Source: a bacterium (GTDB lineage: Bacteria; Desulfobacterota; DSWW01). From it: a stretch of DNA of 64,000 bases. Location: contig JBFLZG010000051.1 of the NCBI GenBank assembly GCA_040756235.1, forward strand, positions 8,727 to 72,726, in the 5' to 3' direction. A program made the translations under genes and the position numbers. The notes under the pieces are model-generated. The model searched no databases, was not told the origin of the DNA, and saw only the letters and a program-made list of their open reading frames with translations. Positions 28,748 to 38,092 of this stretch are shown here, one piece after another. Every line of letters starts with the position of its first letter. The first letter of the stretch is position 1.

Positions 28748-30057
28748 GCCACTTGCGCCTGCCGGCGCATCGCTCTCGCGTCTCTGAACAGCCCCCTCCT
28801 GAAGATCAGGAGCGCGATCCCCAGGCCCGCTACGAAGATCAGCTCGGTCACCTCCTCCCAGACGATGTACCACACCAGGTTTCCGCGGAAGGCATGGAAC
28901 AAGACCATGCGGAAGACGCTGAAACCGAGGAAGCCCACCCCGGCCGACAAGCCGATCTTGGCCAGCGGAATCGGGTCCGGTCTGCTGAAGCGCAGCACGA
29001 GCAAGGCCGCTCCGAAGCACAGGATCGCGACCACAGGGGCGTAGCGGATCTCGAAGAGCTGAAAGAGCACCGGGTGTGAGTAATGATAGAGGACGCCCAG
29101 AATTCTCGTGTTGTAAGAGTCCGGATGGACACGGACGAGCAGTGGGAGGCAGGCAAGAAGGAGCAACGCGGTGCTCGCGAGCAGGAGCAAGCGGCGGGCG
29201 GCGCAGGGAGCTTCGCCGTGCTTCACGCAGGCCCCGCAGAGGTCGAGGGCCGTGCAGCGTTTCTGCTTCTCGCTCACATGGAGAAGTCTCGAGTCCGCCC
29301 CTTCGAGCAGGGCGTACGTGGTGAATCCGAATGCCAGGACCATGCCGTAGATGTGCAGATACTCGATGAGGTAGGAGTCCTCGCCAAAGAAGAGATAGTT
29401 GAGAGCGCAGAAACTCTCGCCCGCCAGGAAGAGAACCAGGGCCCATCGCAGAACGCGCAGGTCGACTTCCCTGCGCCGCCAGAGTACGACGATCAGGATG
29501 CAGGAGAGGAGCATGTACACGGGTTTCACGCCAAAGGCAGCGATCGAAGCCGACCCTTGGTCGAAAACCGAGATCGCCTGAAAGGGGAAGCCCATGAGCT
29601 CGCCGGCCGCCTCGCGCAGGCGGCAGAAAGCGGCCGGGCAGGGCTGCTCCGAGGCGGCATACCAGGCGTCGAGACCGCCCCGCACGCTCCATGCTTCGGC
29701 GCCCAAAGAGTCCCTGAGCCGCAAGGCTGCGGAGGCAGAGAGCAGGCCGCTGTTGCAGATCAGGAGGAGCTTGCGATTCCTGAACGCGTCCGGCAGGCCT
29801 CCTGCGGCTGTTGTTCCGGCTAGCTCGGCGTAGGGCCAGTTCGCTGCGCCCTCGAGATGGGAGGTGCGGTACGCTCCGGGCTCCCGTACGTCCACCAGGA
29901 TCGGGGGCTGCGGAAGCGAGAGCAGCCGGCGCGCCTCGTCCGCGCCGAGCGTGGGCGCCCGGCCCACATGAATCCAGTACAAGATGACCGGCAGGGCCCC
30001 GGCGACCGCGGCGAAAACGATCACCAGCACCGGCACCCGCTTTGCGCTCAAGCCCAT
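28744..30057 (-). CDS. Rhodanese domain fused to a multi-pass membrane domain
   Basis: LVDVREP..Y..SHLEGA, LLICNSG, VRGGLDAW; then about seven hydrophobic helices with a Cys-rich loop. Confidence 0.8.
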   Translation of the reverse strand: MGLSAKRVPVLVIVFAAVAGALPVILYWIHVGRAPTLGADEARRLLSLPQPPILVDVREPGAYRTSHLEGAANWPYAELAGTTAAGGLPDAFRNRKLLLICNSGLLSASAALRLRDSLGAEAWSVRGGLDAWYAASEQPCPAAFCRLREAAGELMGFPFQAISVFDQGSASIAAFGVKPVYMLLSCILIVVLWRRREVDLRVLRWALVLFLAGESFCALNYLFFGEDSYLIEYLHIYGMVLAFGFTTYALLEGADSRLLHVSEKQKRCTALDLCGACVKHGEAPCAARRLLLLASTALLLLACLPLLVRVHPDSYNTRILGVLYHYSHPVLFQLFEIRYAPVVAILCFGAALLVLRFSRPDPIPLAKIGLSAGVGFLGFSVFRMVLFHAFRGNLVWYIVWEEVTELIFVAGLGIALLIFRRGLFRDARAMRRQAQVA

Positions 30058-31154
30058 GACCCGCTCCTCTTCTCCGGACGGCTGGTCCCGGCCCGAGCCG
30101 GCTTCTTCTGACCTGTCCGACAGATCGCCGGCTGCTCACGGAACAACTCCGCGAACATGCCCAGGATGCGAAAGCCGTCGGTCAGGTGCCGATAAGAGCT
30201 GCAAGTGACGTGGGAGAGGGTTTTCGAGAGCAAGAGGCGGTGGTCACCTCTGCCGCCAGCTTGGAGCGCCGCCATGATCCTCTCGGAGTGCTCGGGCGGA
30301 ACCAGCGGGTCGTCCGCAGCATGCACGATGAGCACCCGCGCGGTGACGGCGGACAGCCTGTTCGCGGGCGAAAGGTGGGCCAGGTCCGGCAGGTCCCGAG
30401 TTGCGGCGGCGCGCATCGCAAGGATCCCCTCCCGGCTCTTCAGGGCGCGCTCGTAAAAGCCGCGCTTCCGTTCGATTCGATCGTCTTCGCAGTAGGCCTC
30501 GAGCAGACCGACAAACTCCCGGCGCTCTTCTTCCGTGAGGGCCAGGTTCTCGAGAACGGGATAGGAGAGGACCATGCGAAGCCAGACAAATCCGTCCCAG
30601 TCGGCCTCGGCCTGGGGCGCGCTCTCGTATCGATCGAGGTTGCTGATCCACAGCTCGCGGAGCGAATCATAGGGCCCGAAGAGCAGCAGCAGGTCGAAAT
30701 CGCCTGCCCGCTCCGGTTCGGCGGCGGCTCGCAGTGCGAGGCCTGCTCCCACGCTGAAAGCGGCTACTGCGATCGATGTGCGGGTGCGAGCGCGAAGCTC
30801 TTCGACCGAGTCGAGGATGGCTCGCAGGTCGGATCTGTCGAAACGGCACGACTTGAGGCCCGGCAGGGAGACGGCCGCGGCCCGCAGACCCGACGCGGCC
30901 ATGGCGCGCGCCAGCCGGACCAGGCGCGGGTCCTTCTCTCCTCTCAAGGTGATGCCGTGCAGGAGGACCACGGTCCGCCTGGGGGCGGAAGCCGGTTCGT
31001 AAAGATCGTACTCGACACCCGCAGCCGTCTTGCGGCGGGATTCCCGGATGCTGCAGCCGGCGCCTGGACGAGGTCTTCCGCTCATCCATCGGCCGAGAAG
31101 CGCAGCAGCCCGCAGGAGGGCAAAGAGTCTGTTCGCGATCCTGTCATGGGTCAT
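30048..31154 (-). CDS. Alpha/beta hydrolase fold protein
   Basis: VVLLHG, nucleophile elbow AFSVGA, VHAADDPLVP..HS, LSHV; start uncertain. Confidence 0.75.
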   Translation of the reverse strand: MTHDRIANRLFALLRAAALLGRWMSGRPRPGAGCSIRESRRKTAAGVEYDLYEPASAPRRTVVLLHGITLRGEKDPRLVRLARAMAASGLRAAAVSLPGLKSCRFDRSDLRAILDSVEELRARTRTSIAVAAFSVGAGLALRAAAEPERAGDFDLLLLFGPYDSLRELWISNLDRYESAPQAEADWDGFVWLRMVLSYPVLENLALTEEERREFVGLLEAYCEDDRIERKRGFYERALKSREGILAMRAAATRDLPDLAHLSPANRLSAVTARVLIVHAADDPLVPPEHSERIMAALQAGGRGDHRLLLSKTLSHVTCSSYRHLTDGFRILGMFAELFREQPAICRTGQKKPARAGTSRPEKRSGSWA

Positions 31155-31413
31155 TCTGGCAGATGAAAGCCGTTGCCGGCGATGCGCGGCGGAATGGCCG
31201 AGCCCGCCGGACGATCGAGAACCCGAAGATGGGGATGTCGCTCCAGGGCAGACAGGATAAGAAGAGAAGGAGCCGCGTGTCAACGGCAACGGAGGTCGAA
31301 AAAGGCGCATGGCCCGATCGGTCGGCGGTGCGAAACCAAGCGGTCGCGGTGCCCGGGCTGACTGCCGGTGTGCCTCTCTCGTCATTGTGGCGCCCCGCTG
31401 ATACAGGGTTCCA

Positions 31414-31442
31414 TTGACAGCCCCCGGACGTTCCACTAACCT
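31414..31442 (+). promoter_or_regulatory. Putative sigma-70 promoter of acetoacetate-CoA ligase
   Basis: TTGACA-N17-TAACCT. Confidence 0.55.
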
Positions 31443-31525
31443 AGTCCGACCTCTTACCTTACGTGCTGCAGAGTTGTTCGTTGTCCGCCGGTGGCACATT
31501 CATACTGCGCGATGGAGAAGAGAAG

Positions 31526-33493
31526 ATGAGTGAGCGAAGACCCCTGTGGCGACCCTCGGCGGAGCGGAAACGCGAGGCCAACCTGACCCGCTTCATCTCC
31601 TATGTGAACGAACGATACCGGAAGTCTTTCTCCGGCTACGACGAGATCTATCGATGGTCCGTCGACCAGATCCCGGACTTCTGGGCCGCCATGTGGGACT
31701 TTGCGGAGATCAAGGCGTCCCGCAGATACGACCAGGTGGTGGACGATCTCGGCCGGTTCCCGGGGGCGAAATGGTTCCCCGGTGCGAAGCTCAATTATGC
31801 CGAAAATCTCCTCAGGTACCGGGACGATCGGGTGGCCTTCGTCTTCAAGGGAGAAAACCGACAGACGAAGAGGATGACCTACGCCGAGCTCTATCGATGC
31901 GTGTCCGCGTTGGCGGGCTCGCTGCGGCAGGCCGGGGTCGTTCCCGGCGACCGTGTCGTGGGCTACATGCCCAACATGATCGAAACCGTTGCCGCCATGC
32001 TGGCGGCGACCGCCGTGGGCGCGGTCTGGTCTTCGTGCGCAACGGACATCGGCCCGCTGGCCGCCGCGGACCGGCTCGGGCAGGTCGAGCCCAAGGTGCT
32101 CTTCACCGTGGACGGCTACTACTACAAGGGGAAAGCTTTCAACTCGCTGCCGAACGCGGCCGAGCTCGCCCGGGCGCTCCCTTCTCTGAAGAAGGTCGTG
32201 GTCGCTTCCTACGTGCAGGCGAAGCCTGACATCGCCGGGATTCCCAACGCGGTCCTCTTCTATGATTTTCTCGCCGTGGAGCAGAAGGGCCCGTGCGCGT
32301 TCGAACAGCTTCCCTTCGACCACCCGGTCTTCATCATGTTCTCCTCCGGGACCACCGGCAAGCCCAAGTGCATGGTCCAGGGGGCGGGCGGCGTCCTGAT
32401 CAACCACCTGAAGGAGCTCATCCTGCACACGGACCTCAAGCGGGAGGACACGATCTTCTACATCACGACGTGCAGCTGGATGATGTGGAACTGGCTGATG
32501 AGCTCTCTCGGCGTGGGGGCGACCATCGTTCTGTACGACGGCAACCCCAACTACCCGGATGCAGGGGCCATGTGGAGACTGGCCGAACAGGAAAAGGTCA
32601 GCGTCTTCGGGCTGAGCGCGAGCTACGTGAACTACCTGCGGAGCCAGGGCGTCAGGCCCGGCAAGGAGAACGATCTCAGCGCCTTGAAGGAGATCTCCCA
32701 GACCGGCTCGCCGCTTTCGGCCGAGGGGTTCGAATACATCTACCGCGAGATCAAAGAGGACCTGCACTTCAATTCCATCGCAGGCGGCACCGATATCAAC
32801 GGCTGCTTCGCCGCAGGCAGCCCGATCAGCCCCGTGTACGCGGGAGAGCTGCAGTCAGCCGGGCTGGCCATGAAGGTGAAAGCCTATGACGATGCCGGAA
32901 AGCCGGTGTTCGACCAGCAGGGCGAGCTGGTGTGCGAGGCGCCCAGCCCCTCGATGCCGCTGTACTTCTGGAACGACCCGAACGGAGAGAGGTACCGGAG
33001 CGCCTACTTCGACAACTTCCCCGGGGTCTGGCGCCACGGCGACTACATCGTCATCCATAGCGACAGCGGAGGCATCACCTTCTACGGCCGTTCCGATGCC
33101 GTGCTGAAACCCTCGGGCGTCCGCATCGGGACGGCCGAGATCTACAACGTGGTCGAGAAGCTCGAGGAAGTCGCCGACAGTCTGGCGATCGGGCAGAACT
33201 GGGAAGGGGACCAGCGTGTCCTGCTCTTCGTGAAGCTCGTCGAGGGTGTTACCCTCACCGAGGAATTGAAGAACAAGATCCGCAAGGCCCTGCGCGAACA
33301 GGCTTCGCCCCGCCACGTCCCGGCCCTCATCCTCGAGATGCCGGGCGCCCCGTATACCTTGAACATGAAGAAGGTGGAGAGCGCGGTCACCAACATCATA
33401 CACGACAGACCGGTGCAGAACCGGGACGCGCTGATGAATCCGGAGGTCCTGGACTACTTCGAGCAGGTCGTGCCCGAGCTCCGGAAGAGATAG
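31526..33493 (+). CDS. Acetoacetate--CoA ligase
   Basis: LWRPS, WFPGAKLNYAENLL, FSSGTTGKPKCMVQG.GG, WMMWNWL, GGTDI.GCF, WRHGD, GRSDAVLKPSGVRIGTAEIY, SPRHVP. Confidence 0.93.
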   Translation: MSERRPLWRPSAERKREANLTRFISYVNERYRKSFSGYDEIYRWSVDQIPDFWAAMWDFAEIKASRRYDQVVDDLGRFPGAKWFPGAKLNYAENLLRYRDDRVAFVFKGENRQTKRMTYAELYRCVSALAGSLRQAGVVPGDRVVGYMPNMIETVAAMLAATAVGAVWSSCATDIGPLAAADRLGQVEPKVLFTVDGYYYKGKAFNSLPNAAELARALPSLKKVVVASYVQAKPDIAGIPNAVLFYDFLAVEQKGPCAFEQLPFDHPVFIMFSSGTTGKPKCMVQGAGGVLINHLKELILHTDLKREDTIFYITTCSWMMWNWLMSSLGVGATIVLYDGNPNYPDAGAMWRLAEQEKVSVFGLSASYVNYLRSQGVRPGKENDLSALKEISQTGSPLSAEGFEYIYREIKEDLHFNSIAGGTDINGCFAAGSPISPVYAGELQSAGLAMKVKAYDDAGKPVFDQQGELVCEAPSPSMPLYFWNDPNGERYRSAYFDNFPGVWRHGDYIVIHSDSGGITFYGRSDAVLKPSGVRIGTAEIYNVVEKLEEVADSLAIGQNWEGDQRVLLFVKLVEGVTLTEELKNKIRKALREQASPRHVPALILEMPGAPYTLNMKKVESAVTNIIHDRPVQNRDALMNPEVLDYFEQVVPELRKR

Positions 33494-33510
33494 CCAAGCC
33501 AGACTGCGGA

Positions 33511-34272
33511 TCAAATCGCCTGCGGCCGTGCCGCCGACACCCGTAAGAGCCGGCCCTTCTTTCCGGGCGTCGCGGACGCGGTTCCGGGTGTCTTCCCGAC
33601 GTTCCTCGGCATGTTCTCATCCGGATCTTCGGCCTTTTCGCCCAGGAGGACCATGCCCCACCAGTTCACATGGGGGAAGTACCACGGAAACCGCAGCCTC
33701 TTCACGTGATGGATGCCCCCATCGCGCATGTGCTGAGCCATGCGGGCCGGCTCCAGGGTCGCGTTCCTCCAGAGCAGGGCGATCAGCTTGCCGATGAAGG
33801 TGCGGCGCGTAGTGATCACCAGAAGCCGTCCGCCCGGGCGCAGCACCCGGCAGCACTCTGCAATGCCCTTGTCAACCTCGGGCAAGTACTCCATGGCGGC
33901 TGAGGAAACCACGAGGTCGAAGCTCGCGTTCCGAAAAGGCATCGCGCGCATGTCTCCCAGATAAAATTTCACCTGGTTCTCCAGATTCAGCCTCCGCAAC
34001 CAGCGTTTCAAGGCGATCCACATCCCGAGGGAGAAGTCCAGGCCCGTAACGGTGAATCGCACCGGAGTCTCCCTCAGCAGGTTTGCAGTCAGGAATCCGC
34101 TGCCGATTCCGGCATCGAGGACCCTTGCTCCCCTGTCAAGACCGAGGTGCGGGTAATTCAAACGCGAAAAGTGCCTCAAAGAGGCCCGGTAGCCCAACAG
34201 AGTGAAAAAAAATTCATAAAACCAGGGTCCCACCTTGTCGAAGAATCCTCTCACCTGCGCAGCATCTTCCAT
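33511..34272 (-). CDS. Class I SAM-dependent methyltransferase
   Basis: VLDAGIGSG, GLDFS, GDM..MPF...SFDLV, RVLRPGG. Confidence 0.88.
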   Translation of the reverse strand: MEDAAQVRGFFDKVGPWFYEFFFTLLGYRASLRHFSRLNYPHLGLDRGARVLDAGIGSGFLTANLLRETPVRFTVTGLDFSLGMWIALKRWLRRLNLENQVKFYLGDMRAMPFRNASFDLVVSSAAMEYLPEVDKGIAECCRVLRPGGRLLVITTRRTFIGKLIALLWRNATLEPARMAQHMRDGGIHHVKRLRFPWYFPHVNWWGMVLLGEKAEDPDENMPRNVGKTPGTASATPGKKGRLLRVSAARPQAI

Positions 34273-34387
34273 CAGCCCCCCCTCTTGCATGCGGCAACAA
34301 GGCTGAAGCCGCATTCATTCCCCTGTGAGCCCCTTCCGGTCCGCTCCCCGCCTGCTGACCGGCCGGGGCGATCCGGTGCTGTCCGAA

Positions 34388-35107
34388 TCAGCTCGGCTTT
34401 CGTGCTCGAACGTAAACGGCTCTTGTGTAATCGGATGTGCTGTACCCGCTGGACCCGACGATTTGGACATCCACCAGACCCTGTCTCTCAAGACCCTCCA
34501 GGTAGGACCTACCTGGTATCGCCCCGCTGATTCAGTTCGACCAGGCAAATTCATCATGGTGGAGGTCCGGAGGCAGATCCTTCACCAGGATCAGGTCAGC
34601 AGCCTGGAACCGTCCTCCCGGCCGCAGGACCCGCGCGACCTCGGCAAAGGCCGACTCCTTGCACGGCGACAGGTTGAGGACGCCGTTCGAAATGACCAGA
34701 TCCGCCCACCCGGACTCCAGCGGCAGAGCTTCAGCGCAACCCTGGACGAAGACCAGGTTTGCCGATCTTCCGGCCCGGGCAGCGTTCAGCATTTCGGGAC
34801 TCATGTCAACGCCGACCACCTGGCCCTTCGGTCCGATGTACTGAGCTGCCATGCGGGAGTCGAAGCCGACTCCGCAGCCGACATCGACGACGCGCCAACC
34901 GGATTGCGGCTCTCCCAGCAAGAAAGGGTTGCCGACGCCGACGAAACGATCCACCACATCCGCAGGTACGCGCCCCACGAGCTTGGCGGGATAGCCGAGC
35001 TGTTCCGCGCTCACCCGTCCCACCGGATACTTGAACTGCCCCACAGGCTGCCTCGCGACCTCTGCATACCGGCGGCGGATGGCGCTTTGAATCTGTTTCA
35101 GTTCCAT
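34388..35107 (-). CDS. ArsM/AS3MT-like methyltransferase, probable selenoprotein (UGA 34532-34534 read as Sec192; 239 aa)
   Basis: GVGNP, VDVGCGVGFD, GVDMS.EML, VISNGVLNL, RVLRPGG; frame continues past UGA as WSN-U-ISGAIPGRSYLEGLERQGLVDVQIVGSSGYSTSDYTRAVYVRARKPS, matching the ArsM C-terminal pattern. Confidence 0.85.
34498..34516 (-). promoter_or_regulatory. Putative bacterial SECIS hairpin
   Basis: CCAGGTAG-GTC-CTACCTGG, 8 bp perfect stem with GT in the loop, 15 nt after the UGA. Confidence 0.7.
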
Positions 35108-35506
35108 TGAGAGAAATCCTCGATCTATAGTTTTTGGATTACTTCATTATTACAGATTATGCAGCCAGTGAGAGCCTCCCTCAACTCCGACAAGAGATCG
35201 TCAAGTCTGTATCCCCTGATCGGCATCACGCATCACATAACCGAATCCTATTGGATCGGATCAGGGAAAGGGGAGCGCAATCGCCCCCTCCGGCTTTTCA
35301 ATCAAACAAGAACGGAGACCCCGCGCCATATTTGCTGAGTCTGAGGGCTTTGTCGAGGAGGTCTCGCTGAGAAATCCGTTATGAATAGAACCATTCAAAT
35401 CGAGCGTCGATACGGACGATCGGCATTCGCCGAGTGAAAGCCCTAGAGAGTCGGGTTGACGGCCGCGGGTCTCGCACCAGCCCCCATGGGAGAAGGGAGA
35501 GGAGTG

Positions 35507-37525
35507 ATGAACCCGCCGAACGTGCCGAAGGCCTTCCTGCCGCTTGTCGTCACCTTGCTCACGCTGTTGCTGCCAGCCGGACCGGCCGCCGCATTTTGCG
35601 AGGACGCGGCCAGCTTCTGTCTCACCTATCCTGACGTCTGTACCAACCTCGGCCTGCCGATCTGTCACAAGGAGATCACGGAGCACGGATTGTCTTTCAT
35701 GCGTGAGCTTCTGCTCGAACGGACCGCGCACACGAACCTCCACATGGACCGCGAGCACGAGTGCCTGCTGTGGTCACACTCCGACGGGTGCGACTTCCAC
35801 ACGATGGGTCACACCGTCAACGATATCTACTCGAGCACCGTTCACTCGGACACCTATCTAGCCCTCTGTCCCGCCGACGGAACGCACACCGACACGCGGG
35901 GCGTCGTCGGTCTGCTCGACCCCGACGACCCTCGCCCGACGGATGCGGCGGCCGTCCTCGGGTACGCGCTGCACCCGATCCAGGACATCTACTCCCACTC
36001 GAACTGGCTCGAGATCGCACGCTGGGTGGACGACCCGCCGATCATCGAACCCACGCTCGACCTTTGGGGGACCCTCCCGTGGACGCCGCTCGTTGTGCCG
36101 CAAGCCCTCCTCACTGTCCACGACGTCGACGCGATCGTGTTCGCCGAGGAAAACGGGTTTGACAGCAACTGGAGCGTGTCAGCCATCTACTTTCCGTCGT
36201 ACTTTCTGCCCCGCATCGAGACGGGCGGGCCGACCTACCTGGGGGTCATGAGCGGATCGACGCACGGCTCGTTCTTCCAGGAGGAGGAGTGCGCCGAGGG
36301 CATGCGCCCCACCCACACCGAGCTCAACAAGGACAGCCCCTCCATGAGCACTGCGTACCACACAATCCCTGATGACCACTATGATGCGGCCGAGCTCGCC
36401 ACGCGCCAGACCTCGCACGAATGGTGCAGGATCCTGCACATCACGAAGCGCGTCCACGGCTTCGCTGGCGTGAGCGTCCCCATGGCGCTGTGGGTCCGTA
36501 CCGACGCCCCGGAGCGCGATCCGGTTCCGATCGAAGCCGGAGACGTCGGGTCACCGCACCCGGAGAAAACGCCATGCGCGGCCACCGCCCCCGGCCCCGT
36601 GGAACTCACCGTGCAGGTGGACGAGATCCATGTCCTGAACGACACCGACGCCGGCGACCCCGGCGAGCTCAACTTCGTTCTGGCTTTTTACACCCAGGAT
36701 CTCACGCGCTCCGCGCGCGCCGAGGTGAACTCGCTCGCCGTCGCCGATGGCGACTACGTCGGGCGCGATGCCGCGCCCGGCCCGGTGACGCTCTGCTTGA
36801 CCGAGGACCAGGCCAGTGCCGCCATCGCCACGGTGCAGGCCTGGGACGACGACTCCGGCGTCGCCGGAGAGCTCAACCCCGACGGCGACCAGGCGCTCCG
36901 CGGGGTGTCCACGGAGGTCTCGTTCTTGGCGCCGGGCGTCCAAGTCGCCTCCTCAGCGGACCTGGAAGTGATCTTCGACGTCCTGGAGACTGCGACCGAC
37001 GCCGACCTGGACGGGCTCTACACCTGCGAAGAAGCCCAGCTCGGAACGGACCCGGCGGCTGCCGACAGCGATGACGATGGACTCGCGGATGGTGCCGAGG
37101 TCGACGGTGGAACGGATCCGCTGAACCCGGACAGCGACGGCGACTCGGCGCTGGACGGCGCCGACAACTGCCCGACCGTCGCGAACCCCGGACAGGAGGA
37201 CTACGAGAATGACGCTGTGGGCGATGCCTGCGACACGGACGACGACAACGACGGGGTACCGGACGCGAGCGACGCCTTCCCGCATGGCAACCTGGATCCG
37301 ACCGTGACGATCGCCGGATGCGAGAGCGGCGTGCCGAACCTGGGCTTCGCCGACGGGAGCACGTTCAACGACCTGATCGGCCAGTGCGCAGCCAATGCCA
37401 CGAGCCACGGTTCCTTCGTGAGGTGCGTGTCGCGGCTGGCCGAGGGTTGGAAGAAGGCGAAGCTCGTCACCGGTCCACAGAAGGACGCGATCATCTCGTG
37501 TGCGTCGACGTCGGCCATCCCGTAG
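35507..37525 (+). CDS. Secreted protein: Het-C/Zn-phospholipase C-like domain, thrombospondin type-3 Ca-binding repeats, Cys-containing C-terminal module
   Basis: Signal peptide ending AAA-F; LGYALHPIQDIYSHSNW and LNKD; DSDDDGLADG, DNCPTVANPGQED, GDACDTDDDNDG. Confidence 0.8.
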   Translation: MNPPNVPKAFLPLVVTLLTLLLPAGPAAAFCEDAASFCLTYPDVCTNLGLPICHKEITEHGLSFMRELLLERTAHTNLHMDREHECLLWSHSDGCDFHTMGHTVNDIYSSTVHSDTYLALCPADGTHTDTRGVVGLLDPDDPRPTDAAAVLGYALHPIQDIYSHSNWLEIARWVDDPPIIEPTLDLWGTLPWTPLVVPQALLTVHDVDAIVFAEENGFDSNWSVSAIYFPSYFLPRIETGGPTYLGVMSGSTHGSFFQEEECAEGMRPTHTELNKDSPSMSTAYHTIPDDHYDAAELATRQTSHEWCRILHITKRVHGFAGVSVPMALWVRTDAPERDPVPIEAGDVGSPHPEKTPCAATAPGPVELTVQVDEIHVLNDTDAGDPGELNFVLAFYTQDLTRSARAEVNSLAVADGDYVGRDAAPGPVTLCLTEDQASAAIATVQAWDDDSGVAGELNPDGDQALRGVSTEVSFLAPGVQVASSADLEVIFDVLETATDADLDGLYTCEEAQLGTDPAAADSDDDGLADGAEVDGGTDPLNPDSDGDSALDGADNCPTVANPGQEDYENDAVGDACDTDDDNDGVPDASDAFPHGNLDPTVTIAGCESGVPNLGFADGSTFNDLIGQCAANATSHGSFVRCVSRLAEGWKKAKLVTGPQKDAIISCASTSAIP

Positions 37526-38092
37526 CGGTATGCATGGCCTGCCCCTTTCCGATCCGTCCGCGCGCCGGCCACGACCGGGCCTGCCGGGACCGAGCCGGCG
37601 CGCGGACGGACTCGCTCATGCAGTGCGCCGCCGAGGAGAATGGCCAGGGGGTTCCGTTTGCGATTGGGTCTCTCCGTTGGTGGTAGATGTGTTACCCAGC
37701 ATCGCAGTATCTTGATTTCTTCTCTGGCTGATTCACATGGAGGTAGCCAATTGCAGTCTTACACTTCACCTAATCGCCGACACCGAGCTACCTTGATCGT
37801 GGGAAACGCGAGGCATGCTTCGAGTAGATAAGAGTAATCGAAAAGTCGCCCGAAGCAGTTGGTGTGATCAATTTCGTACCAATTATATGAAATCGCTGGT
37901 TGCCATTCATGCGCGGGCATGCGGGGTGATCCGATCGGAGCCGAAGCACTGGCGACGTGAGGGCCACGCTGGACCGGCAAATTGGTCACGAGTGGAGATT
38001 CAGGGAAAGGTATTGCTCACACATAAAGTATTATCCTACAATTGGATTGGGATCTGGAAGCCACATCATGGCACTTAGAAGAGAATGACGAG

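Noticed and set aside
31492..31508. TGGCAC...TGC sigma-54-like site before acetoacetate-CoA ligase
   Set aside because: GG to GC spacing is 12 nt, not the required 10; a sigma-70-like promoter lies upstream
35330..35400. Possible IS terminal remnant (GAGGTCTCGCTGAGAAATCC)
   Set aside because: No matching second end or transposase seen
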